A stretch of DNA of 64,000 nucleotides from a phage, in the sequence record OZ346228.1, one strand, 5' to 3'. Both the position numbers and the translations under genes were made by a program. A model generated the notes under the pieces. It was given only the letters and a program-made list of their open reading frames with translations, searched no databases and was not told the origin of the DNA. Numbering within the stretch: position 1 is the stretch's first letter; each line of letters opens with the position of its first letter. Shown one piece after another: positions 48,584 to 58,594 of this stretch.

Positions 48584-48749
48584 AATTCCTTAGTAAAACT
48601 GAAGAATGTCTTTTAAAGCGAAGTCACGATATTCGCCCTTGTCTACATCAAAGGCATGCATCAACCACTGCTCTTCTTTATGATACTCTGTAGAGCCAAA
48701 CCATAAATTAGGCTCAGTAACGCAGCGATCTGCAACAACACCTTTCCAG

Positions 48750-49355
48750 TTACGGTATTTCATCCTGATCAGGACTGAGTCGCAAGGATTGAATACCTTT
48801 TTCATCCCCATAGAAATCTCTCTCCTCAGTTTTCTTTATAAACTCCTGCATGTAGGACTCAATAGCCTCATGCTTGGTGCACTCTGGATTAATGACAAGA
48901 TTGAGATCTGATTCTGCTCGTGCAATAATCGTAGCTTTAGAGCATCTCCTCAAGAACTTTGTCATATCATCTCTGTAGTTTTTGTGGAGCGGGAAGTCGC
49001 TGTAGTCTTTCTCCAGATAGTCAGCCATCCGGCGCAACGCCTCTGATAAACTGCAATCTGTATACTCGTTACAGTATTTCATCCAGTATTTAAGCACATA
49101 CCCCTCAAAGGTATTAGTGCACTGAGACAAAACACCCCTGCAACGACCAGTCAGATGATCATGATCTAAACAAGGCTTACGAAGTGGCTCGCACAAGATC
49201 GGATCAAGACCATCCTGCTCCTCTGACAATTCTTTTCGAAAGTTGGCTATGTCCTTAGAATCTTTTAGCCACCCGCTATGAACGGGGGCTTTGACAGCTT
49301 TCTTTCTTATTTTACGCTTTGCGATAACCCCTCCAGATGCGCCCTGCCTATCCAA
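48750..49355 (-). CDS. endonuclease VII-family junction-resolving nuclease
   Basis: CLDHDHLTGRCRGVLSQC matches the T4 endo VII zinc/HNH-like signature. Confidence 0.7.
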   Translation of the reverse strand: MDRQGASGGVIAKRKIRKKAVKAPVHSGWLKDSKDIANFRKELSEEQDGLDPILCEPLRKPCLDHDHLTGRCRGVLSQCTNTFEGYVLKYWMKYCNEYTDCSLSEALRRMADYLEKDYSDFPLHKNYRDDMTKFLRRCSKATIIARAESDLNLVINPECTKHEAIESYMQEFIKKTEERDFYGDEKGIQSLRLSPDQDEIP

Positions 49356-49936
49356 TAAGCATCTGCGAGATCGGCCTTACCTTGTACCAAATTGATCCCA
49401 TCTAGGAACCCAGGTTCAGATACTTCGCAGGCCTTAACCATCAACTTTTTATCCATCGTAACAGGTTTCTTCACAGTATGCTCTTTACCTGTCTTTTTGT
49501 CAAGCTTTTTCTTCTCCTCAAAAGCAAGTTCCTCAGGAAGATGACTACGAGCAAACTTTTTGGCAGTTGTTGGTGTCACAGTGTGGACCTTAAACAGGCC
49601 GTCATTTTCACAATCAGCTAAAGCATCCCAAAGCATAACTTCAAGACCGTAAAACAACCCAGCCAGTTCGCGTGTGGCATCCCCGCGTGATCCAAAGGAA
49701 AGCCCTTCCATAACCACGGTGTCAACGCCGTGCGTGTGGATGTAATATCTGACCTGTTTGCAGATCCAGTCAATACGCTCAGCAGCTGTTGCAAAAGAAA
49801 CCGTCCCTGGTTTCTTCTCTTTTGCAGATGAGCTTTGAGTTCGTAACACAACCTTATGAACAGGCTTTCCATCGTCCCATACAACGCAAGCTGTGTGTGT
49901 CAACGACTGGTCTATGGATAATAGACGCTCTCTCAT
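49307..49936 (-). CDS. RuvC-like Holliday junction resolvase, tentative
   Basis: N-terminus LLSIDQSLTHTACVVWD resembles the RuvC first beta-strand/Asp motif. Confidence 0.5.
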   Translation of the reverse strand: MRERLLSIDQSLTHTACVVWDDGKPVHKVVLRTQSSSAKEKKPGTVSFATAAERIDWICKQVRYYIHTHGVDTVVMEGLSFGSRGDATRELAGLFYGLEVMLWDALADCENDGLFKVHTVTPTTAKKFARSHLPEELAFEEKKKLDKKTGKEHTVKKPVTMDKKLMVKACEVSEPGFLDGINLVQGKADLADAYWIGRAHLEGLSQSVK

Positions 49937-50265
49937 GCTTCCTCGTCCTCCTCTCCTTCATCAGGAGCATAAGCCTTATCTTTGAACAAGACGAGAGAGC
50001 AAAGCTTAACATCTGTTTCCACACTGGTGAACATGCATAACCGCTCGCCCTCAATCAGCTCACAATCCTCTTTTAAAACAGCAGACCATACACGGTCATC
50101 TGCGTAATCATCCGTGTACAGGATGTATGAAATGGTGTCATCTTCATACAACCGCCACATACCTGTGGCAACAACGAATGTATTTTTTGTTTTAAGTGTC
50201 CCTGTTGTGTGATCATCCTCAAAAACAGCTTCCATAATTGCGTTATCTACAGCATTTTTAGTCAT
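49933..50265 (-). CDS. hypothetical acidic protein
   Basis: ORF. Confidence 0.45.
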   Translation of the reverse strand: MTKNAVDNAIMEAVFEDDHTTGTLKTKNTFVVATGMWRLYEDDTISYILYTDDYADDRVWSAVLKEDCELIEGERLCMFTSVETDVKLCSLVLFKDKAYAPDEGEEDEEA

Positions 50266-51404
50266 CAGATTGCTCCAACATTTCTAAGAACGTTAACAAG
50301 TTTTGTCTGGTCATTAAATGTCCGCTTCATATACAAACAGTCAAAAATTATACTCATCCATTGACCTACGGAAATTCTACGATCAATACCATTGAAGTCA
50401 GTATACTTAACAACACCTTTCGGGAACCACTTCTTGTACTGATCAATAATAGCCACCCACATCTCCTTTGGAGTGCTGCACTGAGACAGTAGGTAGAATG
50501 CTGAGGCATCCCCGAACTTACCCTTACCGATAAGTCCTTGATACGGCTTGATGTTGTCAGCAGAGTCACCACACAGCATTTGGTATCCGAAGAACAGCAT
50601 CCCGTAACCGCCAACCTCTCCATTGGGCTTCATGAAGATGTTCCCCATACCGTTATCGATCAGCATAGGGGTTTCCCTTACAAAATCTCCCTTATCGTTT
50701 CGCATGGGATCGAACACAAGCCCCGGTAGTGTTCTTTGGTCCTTATCAATAGAGATAATAAACTTGTTGAACTTACCTGTTTTTTGGTAGTGGTTCCAAC
50801 CTTCAAATTGCTGGATAGCTAACCAGTCGTCAGCCTCGATACCGTTGATCACTTGAGCATTATACTGCTTTTGGAGATACTGTCTTGCATCTCCAAGCAG
50901 CAGTGGTCGAAGAGTATTGTTACGGTTGGCTTTATATCTTTCCGGCATGGGAAGATCTAGTCTGAAATTACCTGTGCCTCCAAGTACCCCCACGCACCGA
51001 TCTTCCGGAATACCGAGATAATTAAGGACTGCATTAGCTTTACACTTAATTGTGTGCAAGCAGTTCTCTACAGGATCAGGGGTTTGGATATCCAAGACAT
51101 CGAAATCTTCTCGTGTCCACGGAATAAACTCCTTGCCAGCCTTTTTACATGCAGCTTCACGGTTGGTATTCTCAGCTTTTAACCAACCACCAACGGTGTT
51201 CTTCTGCCGCCCCCAGAACTCTGTTCGTGTTTTAAACATCTTCTTACGTCCGGAGGCTTTGTGTGTTACCTCAATTGTCCTTTTTTCACAACTTGCTGCA
51301 GCTTGATATGCAACCTGATCGAAGTCATAATAAACTATAGCGTCAGGTTCAAGAAGATCAGCCAGACAATCTATGGACTCAATAAGTGGATATTCTCTAC
51401 TCAA
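50265..51404 (-). CDS. 5'-3' exonuclease / flap endonuclease
   Basis: CGDSADNIKPYQGLIGKGK resembles the FEN/5'-nuclease GDxSDNIPG helix-three-turn-helix motif. Confidence 0.65.
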   Translation of the reverse strand: MSREYPLIESIDCLADLLEPDAIVYYDFDQVAYQAAASCEKRTIEVTHKASGRKKMFKTRTEFWGRQKNTVGGWLKAENTNREAACKKAGKEFIPWTREDFDVLDIQTPDPVENCLHTIKCKANAVLNYLGIPEDRCVGVLGGTGNFRLDLPMPERYKANRNNTLRPLLLGDARQYLQKQYNAQVINGIEADDWLAIQQFEGWNHYQKTGKFNKFIISIDKDQRTLPGLVFDPMRNDKGDFVRETPMLIDNGMGNIFMKPNGEVGGYGMLFFGYQMLCGDSADNIKPYQGLIGKGKFGDASAFYLLSQCSTPKEMWVAIIDQYKKWFPKGVVKYTDFNGIDRRISVGQWMSIIFDCLYMKRTFNDQTKLVNVLRNVGAI

Positions 51405-51705
51405 AGACCCTCCTGTTAGTTATTCTGCAAGATGGTTGGATGCTGTAATGGAATGCATCATCACTCTCTGCAATAAGTGACTCAACATCCCAATACTTTT
51501 CAAAAAGGAACGGATTAGACCCCCAGTGGTGGGTTATTTTCATCAAGGAGTCTGGTATCATATAACCACAGATCTTAATTACATCGCCAGGTTGAATTGT
51601 GTTTTCATGAAGGTTGCTTGCCTTCTTCAGAATCATACCTTTATGATTCTCGTTTGCATACAACTGGACAATATCTTTATCTTCAACAATAAAAATTTTA
51701 AGCAT
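51397..51705 (-). CDS. hypothetical protein
   Basis: ORF. Confidence 0.45.
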   Translation of the reverse strand: MLKIFIVEDKDIVQLYANENHKGMILKKASNLHENTIQPGDVIKICGYMIPDSLMKITHHWGSNPFLFEKYWDVESLIAESDDAFHYSIQPSCRITNRRVFE

Positions 51706-51764
51706 ATCTAGTTCTCCTAGTTTATAGATATCTGACCGATAATATCAGATTAATAACACTTTTG

Positions 51765-52058
51765 TCAAGACTTTTTAGTCTTTCTTGGAGAGCTTTTTGT
51801 TGATCTTTTCCTTTTGTGGTAGATTCCAAGTGCAGCGTTTTCTTGGGCGCACGTTTTAACAGTTCTCAGAGAAGAACTTTCAGCTTTAGGCAGGTTTAAC
51901 TCCCACCAACCGAGCCAGTAAAGTTCTGATTCCGACAGCTGCTCAGATTCAGCCTTCCGATACAATGATTGCATACCTCTAATGATGTCGTCCAGAGGTG
52001 TATCGAATACAAAAGCTGTCTTATCGAATTTCTCTTTTACAGGTCTCTTAGCCATCAA
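51765..52058 (-). CDS. hypothetical basic protein
   Basis: ORF. Confidence 0.45.
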   Translation of the reverse strand: MMAKRPVKEKFDKTAFVFDTPLDDIIRGMQSLYRKAESEQLSESELYWLGWWELNLPKAESSSLRTVKTCAQENAALGIYHKRKRSTKSSPRKTKKS

Positions 52059-52563
52059 GGTAACCCTCTATCCACGAAAAGTCAGTCTTCCATTCTGGAA
52101 CTTTACTAAGCTCACGCCACTCTGCAAAGCAGTCTCGGTAATACGCCTCTGCCATACTCTTGGTGATCTTATTCACCTTAGCCAACTGATTAACTGCCTG
52201 AGCATACTTTCCACGGATATTTGCTAACCCAGGATGCACCGATGTGTGACAATCCGGGCACAGTGCTATCAGTCCGACAAGCCGGATCACTCCCTCTTCG
52301 AAAGTGTAAAGTTCATGACACTCCACTGGGTGTTTGCTGCCTTTACCGCCGCACACCTCACAAGTGTAGTTGGCTTCTCTATAGCACTTCTTACGTATCT
52401 TATCCCACTCACTCTTCTTCACAGCGTTTCGGAGGTTATTATACCAAGCTGTTTCTGGGATCAGTTGCACAATAAGCCTGCGTTCAGACTTCATTAAACG
52501 TCCGTCTTCCACGTGTTCTCCCTCATTCAAAGAAATGGGTGCGAGGGCAGGAACCTGCCTCAC
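52048..52563 (-). CDS. putative HNH-type zinc-binding nuclease
   Basis: CEVCGG...H...CPDCH arrangement. Confidence 0.45.
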   Translation of the reverse strand: MRQVPALAPISLNEGEHVEDGRLMKSERRLIVQLIPETAWYNNLRNAVKKSEWDKIRKKCYREANYTCEVCGGKGSKHPVECHELYTFEEGVIRLVGLIALCPDCHTSVHPGLANIRGKYAQAVNQLAKVNKITKSMAEAYYRDCFAEWRELSKVPEWKTDFSWIEGYLDG

Positions 52564-52729
52564 CTTGTTTCACAAGCTCGTAGAGCTCACCTTGACTTGT
52601 CTCATAAAGGCAAATACGTTTACCATTGTCCCGATATACATCGACAAGATACGCTGTTTCACCTGCAAACACGACACCACAGGCCAGACATGCTACCATG
52701 AACAAAATTGCCAATAGAAAATCTTTCAT
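52523..52729 (-). CDS. small secreted protein / possible lipoprotein
   Basis: Signal-like N-terminus MKDFLLAILFMVACLACG. Confidence 0.4.
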   Translation of the reverse strand: MKDFLLAILFMVACLACGVVFAGETAYLVDVYRDNGKRICLYETSQGELYELVKQGEAGSCPRTHFFE

Positions 52730-52792
52730 GGTTAAGCCCTCCTAAACATTTTATGAGGTAACAATACCACGTCCGTGTGGTTATGTCAATGA

Positions 52793-53263
52793 TCAATCAA
52801 GGACAACACCGCCTGCCTTTTTAAACACCTCGATCAACTTCTCGATCTTCTGTTCATGCTGACCATATCCAGCACCAGGTAACGAAGCCCAGCGGGAACG
52901 GCATTTATGGATAGCCTCGTGGATACGCCCTTCGTCAATGTCGGCGAGAGCCTTGCACTCACGGATCAGTTGCAACGCAATCTTGTCCTGACTGGCGGGG
53001 CCAAAATCTGGCAATCCTAACTGTTCCATGTAGTGTTTAGCAAACTTCTCCAAAACCTGGTAACGACCAGCAGCGGAGGAGGTAAGTTTAGCATTTAGCT
53101 TAACGTACACACCTGGATGCTTGCTGTAATCGCTAAACAGCTTGCCACCAACTATGACATCGTATCCCCGATCCTTAGTGGGTTGCCTACCATTATCTGT
53201 GCCTTCCGAATATGCGATCATGTCCAAGAAAGCTTTTCGTTGAACATTTTTATCAAGTTTCAT
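52793..53263 (-). CDS. endolysin, lambda R-like lytic transglycosylase
   Basis: QRKAFLDMIAYSEGTDNGRQPTKDRGYDVIVGG...RWASLPGAGYGQ closely parallels lambda R. Confidence 0.9.
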   Translation of the reverse strand: MKLDKNVQRKAFLDMIAYSEGTDNGRQPTKDRGYDVIVGGKLFSDYSKHPGVYVKLNAKLTSSAAGRYQVLEKFAKHYMEQLGLPDFGPASQDKIALQLIRECKALADIDEGRIHEAIHKCRSRWASLPGAGYGQHEQKIEKLIEVFKKAGGVVLD

Positions 53264-53386
53264 TTTTCATACTCTCCAGTTTACTCATAACTAACACGAT
53301 CAACAACACTACACAGTGTGGTTATGTAGGTGCCGATTGAAAACCATCATTCAATTGGCTACCGTTACCTACTGAACCTTCCTACA

Positions 53387-54670
53387 TCATTCAAGCACCT
53401 CCCAAGTGTCTGGGTTAACATTTCGGACGCAGATACCGACAGGGAATTGGTAATTGTTGTCTTCTGTCCTTGCTTGGTATTTGAAGGTGACAAACTTGCC
53501 GATCATTTCCTGCATCCTGTCATAGCTACGCTCCTCGTGCGTGCCTTTCATCTTCATTTTAACAACAACACCTTCCTTGTCAACACAGATAAGAACACCT
53601 TCATCATTCTTATCTTTCTCAACGTCAATAACTTTCACCTCTGCGTCGTTGAACTTTTTCCATTTCAATGCTTCAGATGTTCGCTGACCATACTCATATT
53701 TACCGCAGAAATTACGCATGATAGTACCTTCATATCCTTCGGACATGAATATACCAACAGATTCTTCGCAATGATCAACTGTGTACGCAAGCTCTGCGTC
53801 AACAACCTTGATATGATCAAGCATCAGAGTGGTAACGGTATCCTCTGCATCCATAAGATCCTTGCAGCGTCCAGACTCTGTTTCTGGATCCCACCACACC
53901 TTGTCGCTAGGAATATCAAAAATGTGATACTCCAGATCGTAGCTACAGTATCCACCGTAACGCAAATCATCACGAACAGGCTCAACATCGACAGGAATAT
54001 CTACCTTGTTGAAGTTTTTGTATGTTGATAAGCCTGCCTTAATTGCTGCATGACGGCGTTTTTTATCTGCCTCATAGTCTTTATCGATCTCGGCCTGAAT
54101 CTCTTCCTGTGTGCGCCACCGTTTAGCAAGAGACACTATTTTCTGCAAAGGAAGACCATGAATGTATAGTTCCCCATCAAGTTGTTTAATCCCAGTGGTA
54201 GAATGGAAAGAACGAAGTTGCTCTAAAAGCTTTCCTTGAATAGGGTAGGACTTATTACCACGGGAAATAAATTTAGGCTCACCATTTTGGAAAACAACAA
54301 GCAGACGAAGGCCATCTAACTTACGCAAGATCCAGCAAGGTAATTTAAGTGCCTTGCCACGCTTCAGGTAGTCATGCACCAGCATAGGTAAAAGATCAAC
54401 ACCCTGCTCGCAATCTTCCATGTTTTCAACATACCCCAGACGGACTTGTTTTTCCCACTTGCTGATAGCCTCAAGCTCGGCCTGTTGCTCAGCTGTAGTC
54501 TCGTTGGCACGACCTACGTTTTTAGGTGTACATACCGTCTCTTTGTACTGCAATTTACCGTCAAGCTTGCCAAACTCTACGATAACCTTTTCGCCATCAG
54601 TGAATACTTTCCACTGTTGGTAGCTGCCATCTTTGTTCAGTGCGTACAGTGTTGTTTTGATTTGATGCAT
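53387..54670 (-). CDS. ATP-dependent DNA ligase
   Basis: Motif I KLDG, motif IV-like EGTIMR, motif V-like KWKK; 427 aa. Confidence 0.7.
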   Translation of the reverse strand: MHQIKTTLYALNKDGSYQQWKVFTDGEKVIVEFGKLDGKLQYKETVCTPKNVGRANETTAEQQAELEAISKWEKQVRLGYVENMEDCEQGVDLLPMLVHDYLKRGKALKLPCWILRKLDGLRLLVVFQNGEPKFISRGNKSYPIQGKLLEQLRSFHSTTGIKQLDGELYIHGLPLQKIVSLAKRWRTQEEIQAEIDKDYEADKKRRHAAIKAGLSTYKNFNKVDIPVDVEPVRDDLRYGGYCSYDLEYHIFDIPSDKVWWDPETESGRCKDLMDAEDTVTTLMLDHIKVVDAELAYTVDHCEESVGIFMSEGYEGTIMRNFCGKYEYGQRTSEALKWKKFNDAEVKVIDVEKDKNDEGVLICVDKEGVVVKMKMKGTHEERSYDRMQEMIGKFVTFKYQARTEDNNYQFPVGICVRNVNPDTWEVLE

Positions 54671-54939
54671 TACTCGGCCTCTTCCTTAAAAATTTTAAAC
54701 ATCTCTTCTTTACTCATTACCAACCAGTCTCCCATAAAGTCAACTAACCAATCTCCCTGGTACAAAACCAAGTTGCCAAACGGCTCAACAAGCTCACACA
54801 TGCGACGAATATCTCTGGTCCGAACAGGTGACGATGTAAACACACCTGTATCAATCCACCGTTGCAGATCAGATACTGATGAAGAGCTTCCATCAAACTG
54901 GTGTGCTTCTACAGGTTTAGCAAGATTAAATAACGGCAT
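54670..54939 (-). CDS. hypothetical protein
   Basis: ORF. Confidence 0.45.
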   Translation of the reverse strand: MPLFNLAKPVEAHQFDGSSSSVSDLQRWIDTGVFTSSPVRTRDIRRMCELVEPFGNLVLYQGDWLVDFMGDWLVMSKEEMFKIFKEEAE

Positions 54940-55234
54940 TGCAGTCCTCCTTCTGTAGTAGGTCTTTTATAGGATAAACAAGTAAGTGTGGATCGGAATA
55001 ACGTATAGTCCTATTCTGCCACACTATGAACTTTATTACAACCAAATTTACAATATCTTTATCACCATGTAGCCCAACACACACATTTGTCCATATTTTG
55101 TGGTTGAAGATCTTGCTATCGATGTAGATTTTAGTGTCAAACTTATCTTCCATTCTACCTATAAGTTTGATCAGCTCCTTCATCTGGTCGCCAAACACAG
55201 CATCTTTTTCAAGATCTCTGGAATGCTTGTACAT
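54926..55234 (-). CDS. hypothetical protein
   Basis: ORF. Confidence 0.45.
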   Translation of the reverse strand: MYKHSRDLEKDAVFGDQMKELIKLIGRMEDKFDTKIYIDSKIFNHKIWTNVCVGLHGDKDIVNLVVIKFIVWQNRTIRYSDPHLLVYPIKDLLQKEDCNAVI

Positions 55235-55296
55235 AACTAACTACCTCACTGCATACTTTCCATAATAAGTAAAGCCGGGTAATCCCGGCTATGTTG

Positions 55297-56010
55297 TTAA
55301 ATATACTCTGTTACATCCTTGAAGCTCGAAGGCTTCATAATCTTACCTTTACTGTCAAGGAATATAATAACTTTATTACCGTTGTAGAACTCCTCTTTAG
55401 CAACGAAACCTTCGTAGCGACCACCAAAACGACGCTCAAGATCTTCAATCTCTAACTCTATGAGCAATTCAGTAGACATATCTGCACTGGCACCGTGAGA
55501 ATATCGTAGATGGTTGATCCGTGCAAACTTGCTGTCATTAGATTTGAGAACCTTCCGCATCATCCCACACACATCGCCGCGAAGCTGGAACAGCAAAGCT
55601 GTTGACAACTCCGCTAAGCGGTAAGCTGACGCTCTTTGCTTGGATGTGTTTTTCGCAGCGATCAGTGTATCATAGAACTCACCGATCTTGAACTTAAGAC
55701 CTCGTGGATTATCAAACAGGTTTGACCACTTTTCGTGATTATCATTAACAAGATAAGCGGCATAACTTGTGACAACGTGAAGATCGCAGGCCTCTTTTAG
55801 CAGGTGATCTCCACCATCACCTTTCTCCAGCTCTTCCAAAACCTCATTGAACTCTTCCTCAATGAAGCTAAGCTGTAATTCGAATGGTGTGTATGATTTT
55901 TTCACTTTAGCTGCCACACGGTTCCAGTTTTCCACCCAGTTGGCAGACCAAAGGTAGTTTTCAGGCTGAGACAGTTTTTCCAGGTTGTCGATCAGTTTAG
56001 TATTCAGCAT
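55297..56010 (-). CDS. MazG-like all-alpha NTP pyrophosphohydrolase, tentative
   Basis: FIEEEFNEVLEELEKG...EACDLHVV resembles the MazG/dUTPase-like EExxE...D metal-binding motif. Confidence 0.4.
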   Translation of the reverse strand: MLNTKLIDNLEKLSQPENYLWSANWVENWNRVAAKVKKSYTPFELQLSFIEEEFNEVLEELEKGDGGDHLLKEACDLHVVTSYAAYLVNDNHEKWSNLFDNPRGLKFKIGEFYDTLIAAKNTSKQRASAYRLAELSTALLFQLRGDVCGMMRKVLKSNDSKFARINHLRYSHGASADMSTELLIELEIEDLERRFGGRYEGFVAKEEFYNGNKVIIFLDSKGKIMKPSSFKDVTEYI

Positions 56011-56023
56011 TAAAGGTCTCCTT

Positions 56024-56785
56024 TTAAAGTTCCATAAAGTTTTCTACAGTTTCAATAAATGCTTTATCAGAGAAAGCGTCAACAGCACCGTTAAACCATA
56101 CAGGGATCCCGCGATCCTCATATTGATAAAGGTCGCTACGTGAAATGCCACTCCCATCTGCACTCTGCGAGTCATACTTGTTTACAATCAGCAGTTTTGT
56201 GCCTTTACAAGTAGCAGGAAACAATTCCCAGTTAAAATTAATAACTGTGTTAGAACAACCTACTAGGATCACCATATCATTGCTTGTGAGAGATGTCAAC
56301 AGGTCATACATGTCTGTATACTTAGGAGCAACCTCACCGAAGAACACTACATTGGGCTTAACCCAGGTATACTTGCCTGTATCTACCTCCGTGTATCCGA
56401 TATTTTTAATTACATCATTACCTTCAGCATCTTCGTAGGTGATTTCAGGCAAATACCCGTGGACATGTAAAATATCTTCATGTTTTACACCAGCACGCTC
56501 CAGCAAATCATCTACATTGGTGGTAAGGTTGATCACACGACCAGACCAGCGGGAATACCACTCAGCGATCCGAAGATGTGCAAGGTTAGGATCAACACTG
56601 CCCAGAGCTACACGACGTGCATTGTAAAAGTCATGCACCTTATAGTAGTTCTTGGCAAAGGTGTGGATGTTGCACACCTCATCGATGCTGAAATTCTCCC
56701 ACATTGCAGTGCTACCAGATCGGAAAGTGGGAATACCAGATTCAGCGCTCAAACCAGCACCGGAGATAATAATCAGTCGTCGCAT
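56024..56785 (-). CDS. Sir2-family (sirtuin-like) NAD-dependent protein
   Basis: N-terminal GAGLSAESGIPTFRSG matches the Sir2 NAD-binding signature. Confidence 0.7.
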   Translation of the reverse strand: MRRLIIISGAGLSAESGIPTFRSGSTAMWENFSIDEVCNIHTFAKNYYKVHDFYNARRVALGSVDPNLAHLRIAEWYSRWSGRVINLTTNVDDLLERAGVKHEDILHVHGYLPEITYEDAEGNDVIKNIGYTEVDTGKYTWVKPNVVFFGEVAPKYTDMYDLLTSLTSNDMVILVGCSNTVINFNWELFPATCKGTKLLIVNKYDSQSADGSGISRSDLYQYEDRGIPVWFNGAVDAFSDKAFIETVENFMEL

Positions 56786-56793
56786 AAGTGTCC

Positions 56794-57144
56794 TCAGTAG
56801 ATGTTTTGTTTAATCTCTATTCCAAACTTCTTGAATGAGTCAGCAGCAAGCATAAATTTACGAGCTGCCGATGGATTAGAAGTATGCACGAAAATAATCA
56901 CGTTGTCAATAAGTGGTGGCTTTCCGAATACAAGTTTCTCCTCTAGCGCAGAGAAGCAGTCGTACCCTTCAAGCACTTCACCTAGATCATTGTCAAAATA
57001 CCACTCAGATACGCGTCTGTAGAGCTTTCTCTTATCATTAAGAAAATCCATAAACTCAGAAGAATTCTTTAGCCACAGAGCGTCTGGGAGTCCATAATCT
57101 GACGGATCTCTAAAATCATCAAGCCACACAATCCACTTCTTCAT
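56794..57144 (-). CDS. hypothetical protein
   Basis: ORF overlapping RNA ligase stop. Confidence 0.45.
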   Translation of the reverse strand: MKKWIVWLDDFRDPSDYGLPDALWLKNSSEFMDFLNDKRKLYRRVSEWYFDNDLGEVLEGYDCFSALEEKLVFGKPPLIDNVIIFVHTSNPSAARKFMLAADSFKKFGIEIKQNIY

Positions 57145-58076
57145 TGCATATAGTCCTCGTTGTGGAAATAGTAGTCCAGTATCTCACGACGCTCCTGCTC
57201 TAATAAGCAATTCCACACATCTTCTGTATAGTTGCTACGAATAAATTTTACCATACCGTAAAACTCTTCGTCAACACGTTTAAAGATATCATCATCCCAA
57301 ATCTTCCAAGCTTTACCCCTCATTACTGCCTTCCGTGCCAGATAGTATGGAGACTTGATCTTCAGCTGCAGATCATAAGGGTAGTAAGGCTTACGAATCA
57401 TATACCCTTCACCTCTTGTTTCTGCAGCTAATTCTTTTGCATAGCTGAACGGAATTTCACGCACAGTGTTAGGACGTTTTGCACCAAGGTATTTGGCAAT
57501 CCCATCTAAAGCTGCTTCTGGTAGCATTATTCCAGAATCATTATATCTGCAACCTATCAAATATGCGCCATGGTCTTCTTGAACAATATGCGGATCTGAA
57601 GGGTGACAAATTTCAAACATGAATGTCATGTTTTCATTGCCCATAACCTTCTTGATAAGATCTAAATTACCACATTGCTCTTGGATGGTTTCCTTTGCAA
57701 GGTTACAATATGGAGAATCAAGAGACCCGGTTGTTGAGAACAATAGGTCACCTTTATGAGATGATACCACACCAAGGAATCCGTTCTTTTTCTCTACCGC
57801 AGTCACAAGCTTATTGTCAGGCAGGTTGGTGGAGTTTTCTCCCAAGTTAAACACTTTTGTGAAGGGCCATGCCACAACATTTCCTTCATTACCTACAACA
57901 ATGCCTCGGCACTCCAGTAAACGAGGGGACAAATGCCATAAATTGTTGTAAAATACTTTTCTAGCATATTTATAGATCTTTAACCCGAGATCTGGGTAAT
58001 ACCTACTGGTTACAAGACCTTTGTCAACTAGGTCGTCTGCATTAAAATACTTCATTATATGTTCCTCATTTGTCAT
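57141..58076 (-). CDS. RNA ligase, T4 Rnl1-like
   Basis: LLECRGI, KVFNLGEN, motif I EKKNG, motif IV EGYMIRK, motif V LQLKIK colinear with T4 RNA ligase 1. Confidence 0.8.
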   Translation of the reverse strand: MTNEEHIMKYFNADDLVDKGLVTSRYYPDLGLKIYKYARKVFYNNLWHLSPRLLECRGIVVGNEGNVVAWPFTKVFNLGENSTNLPDNKLVTAVEKKNGFLGVVSSHKGDLLFSTTGSLDSPYCNLAKETIQEQCGNLDLIKKVMGNENMTFMFEICHPSDPHIVQEDHGAYLIGCRYNDSGIMLPEAALDGIAKYLGAKRPNTVREIPFSYAKELAAETRGEGYMIRKPYYPYDLQLKIKSPYYLARKAVMRGKAWKIWDDDIFKRVDEEFYGMVKFIRSNYTEDVWNCLLEQERREILDYYFHNEDYMQ

Positions 58077-58118
58077 TTTGTCAGTCTATCCTGCCACACA
58101 AATAACCTAGTGTCAACA

Positions 58119-58147
58119 CTTGAAATTAACAAAACAGTTAGGTATAC
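58119..58147 (+). promoter_or_regulatory. sigma70-type promoter in divergent intergenic region
   Basis: TTGAAA, 17 nt spacer, TATACT. Confidence 0.6.
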
Positions 58148-58176
58148 TACCGTTGAAATTAAAACGGAGGGTCGCT

Positions 58177-58587
58177 ATGTCTAAAATGCTATATATCGTG
58201 CGTGGTCTACCAGGGTCTGGCAAATCAACACTGGCAAATGAGCTATCTTTAGAGGGTCTGTATCCACATTTTGAGAACGACATGTTCTGGTATGACGATG
58301 ACGGCAATTACAACTGGGATGCAAGTAAAGTAACACTCGCAGCAAAATGGTGCAAAGATAACGTAGAAGATATGATGCGTATGGGATACGACCGTATCGT
58401 GGTAAGTAATACGTTTACAAAAGAAAAACATGTGCAGGAATATGTTGACATGGCAATCACTCACGGGTATAGTTATACCGTGATCGTGGTTGAAAACCGC
58501 CACGGTAATAAAAGCATTCATGATGTTCCAGACAAGGTTGTGGATCGTATGGAACGCCAGCTTAAAAACTGCATTAAACTTAAATGA
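58177..58587 (+). CDS. P-loop polynucleotide kinase-like protein (T4 Pnk kinase-domain-like)
   Basis: RBS ggaggg; Walker A GLPGSGKST; N-terminus parallels T4 Pnk MKKIILTIGCPGSGKSTWA. Confidence 0.6.
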   Translation: MSKMLYIVRGLPGSGKSTLANELSLEGLYPHFENDMFWYDDDGNYNWDASKVTLAAKWCKDNVEDMMRMGYDRIVVSNTFTKEKHVQEYVDMAITHGYSYTVIVVENRHGNKSIHDVPDKVVDRMERQLKNCIKLK

Positions 58588-58594
58588 GGAATGT

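Noticed and set aside
53330-54028. 232 aa + strand ORF overlapping the DNA ligase gene
   Set aside because: Antisense to a ligase ORF carrying KxDG and downstream motifs; hydrophobic low-complexity translation.
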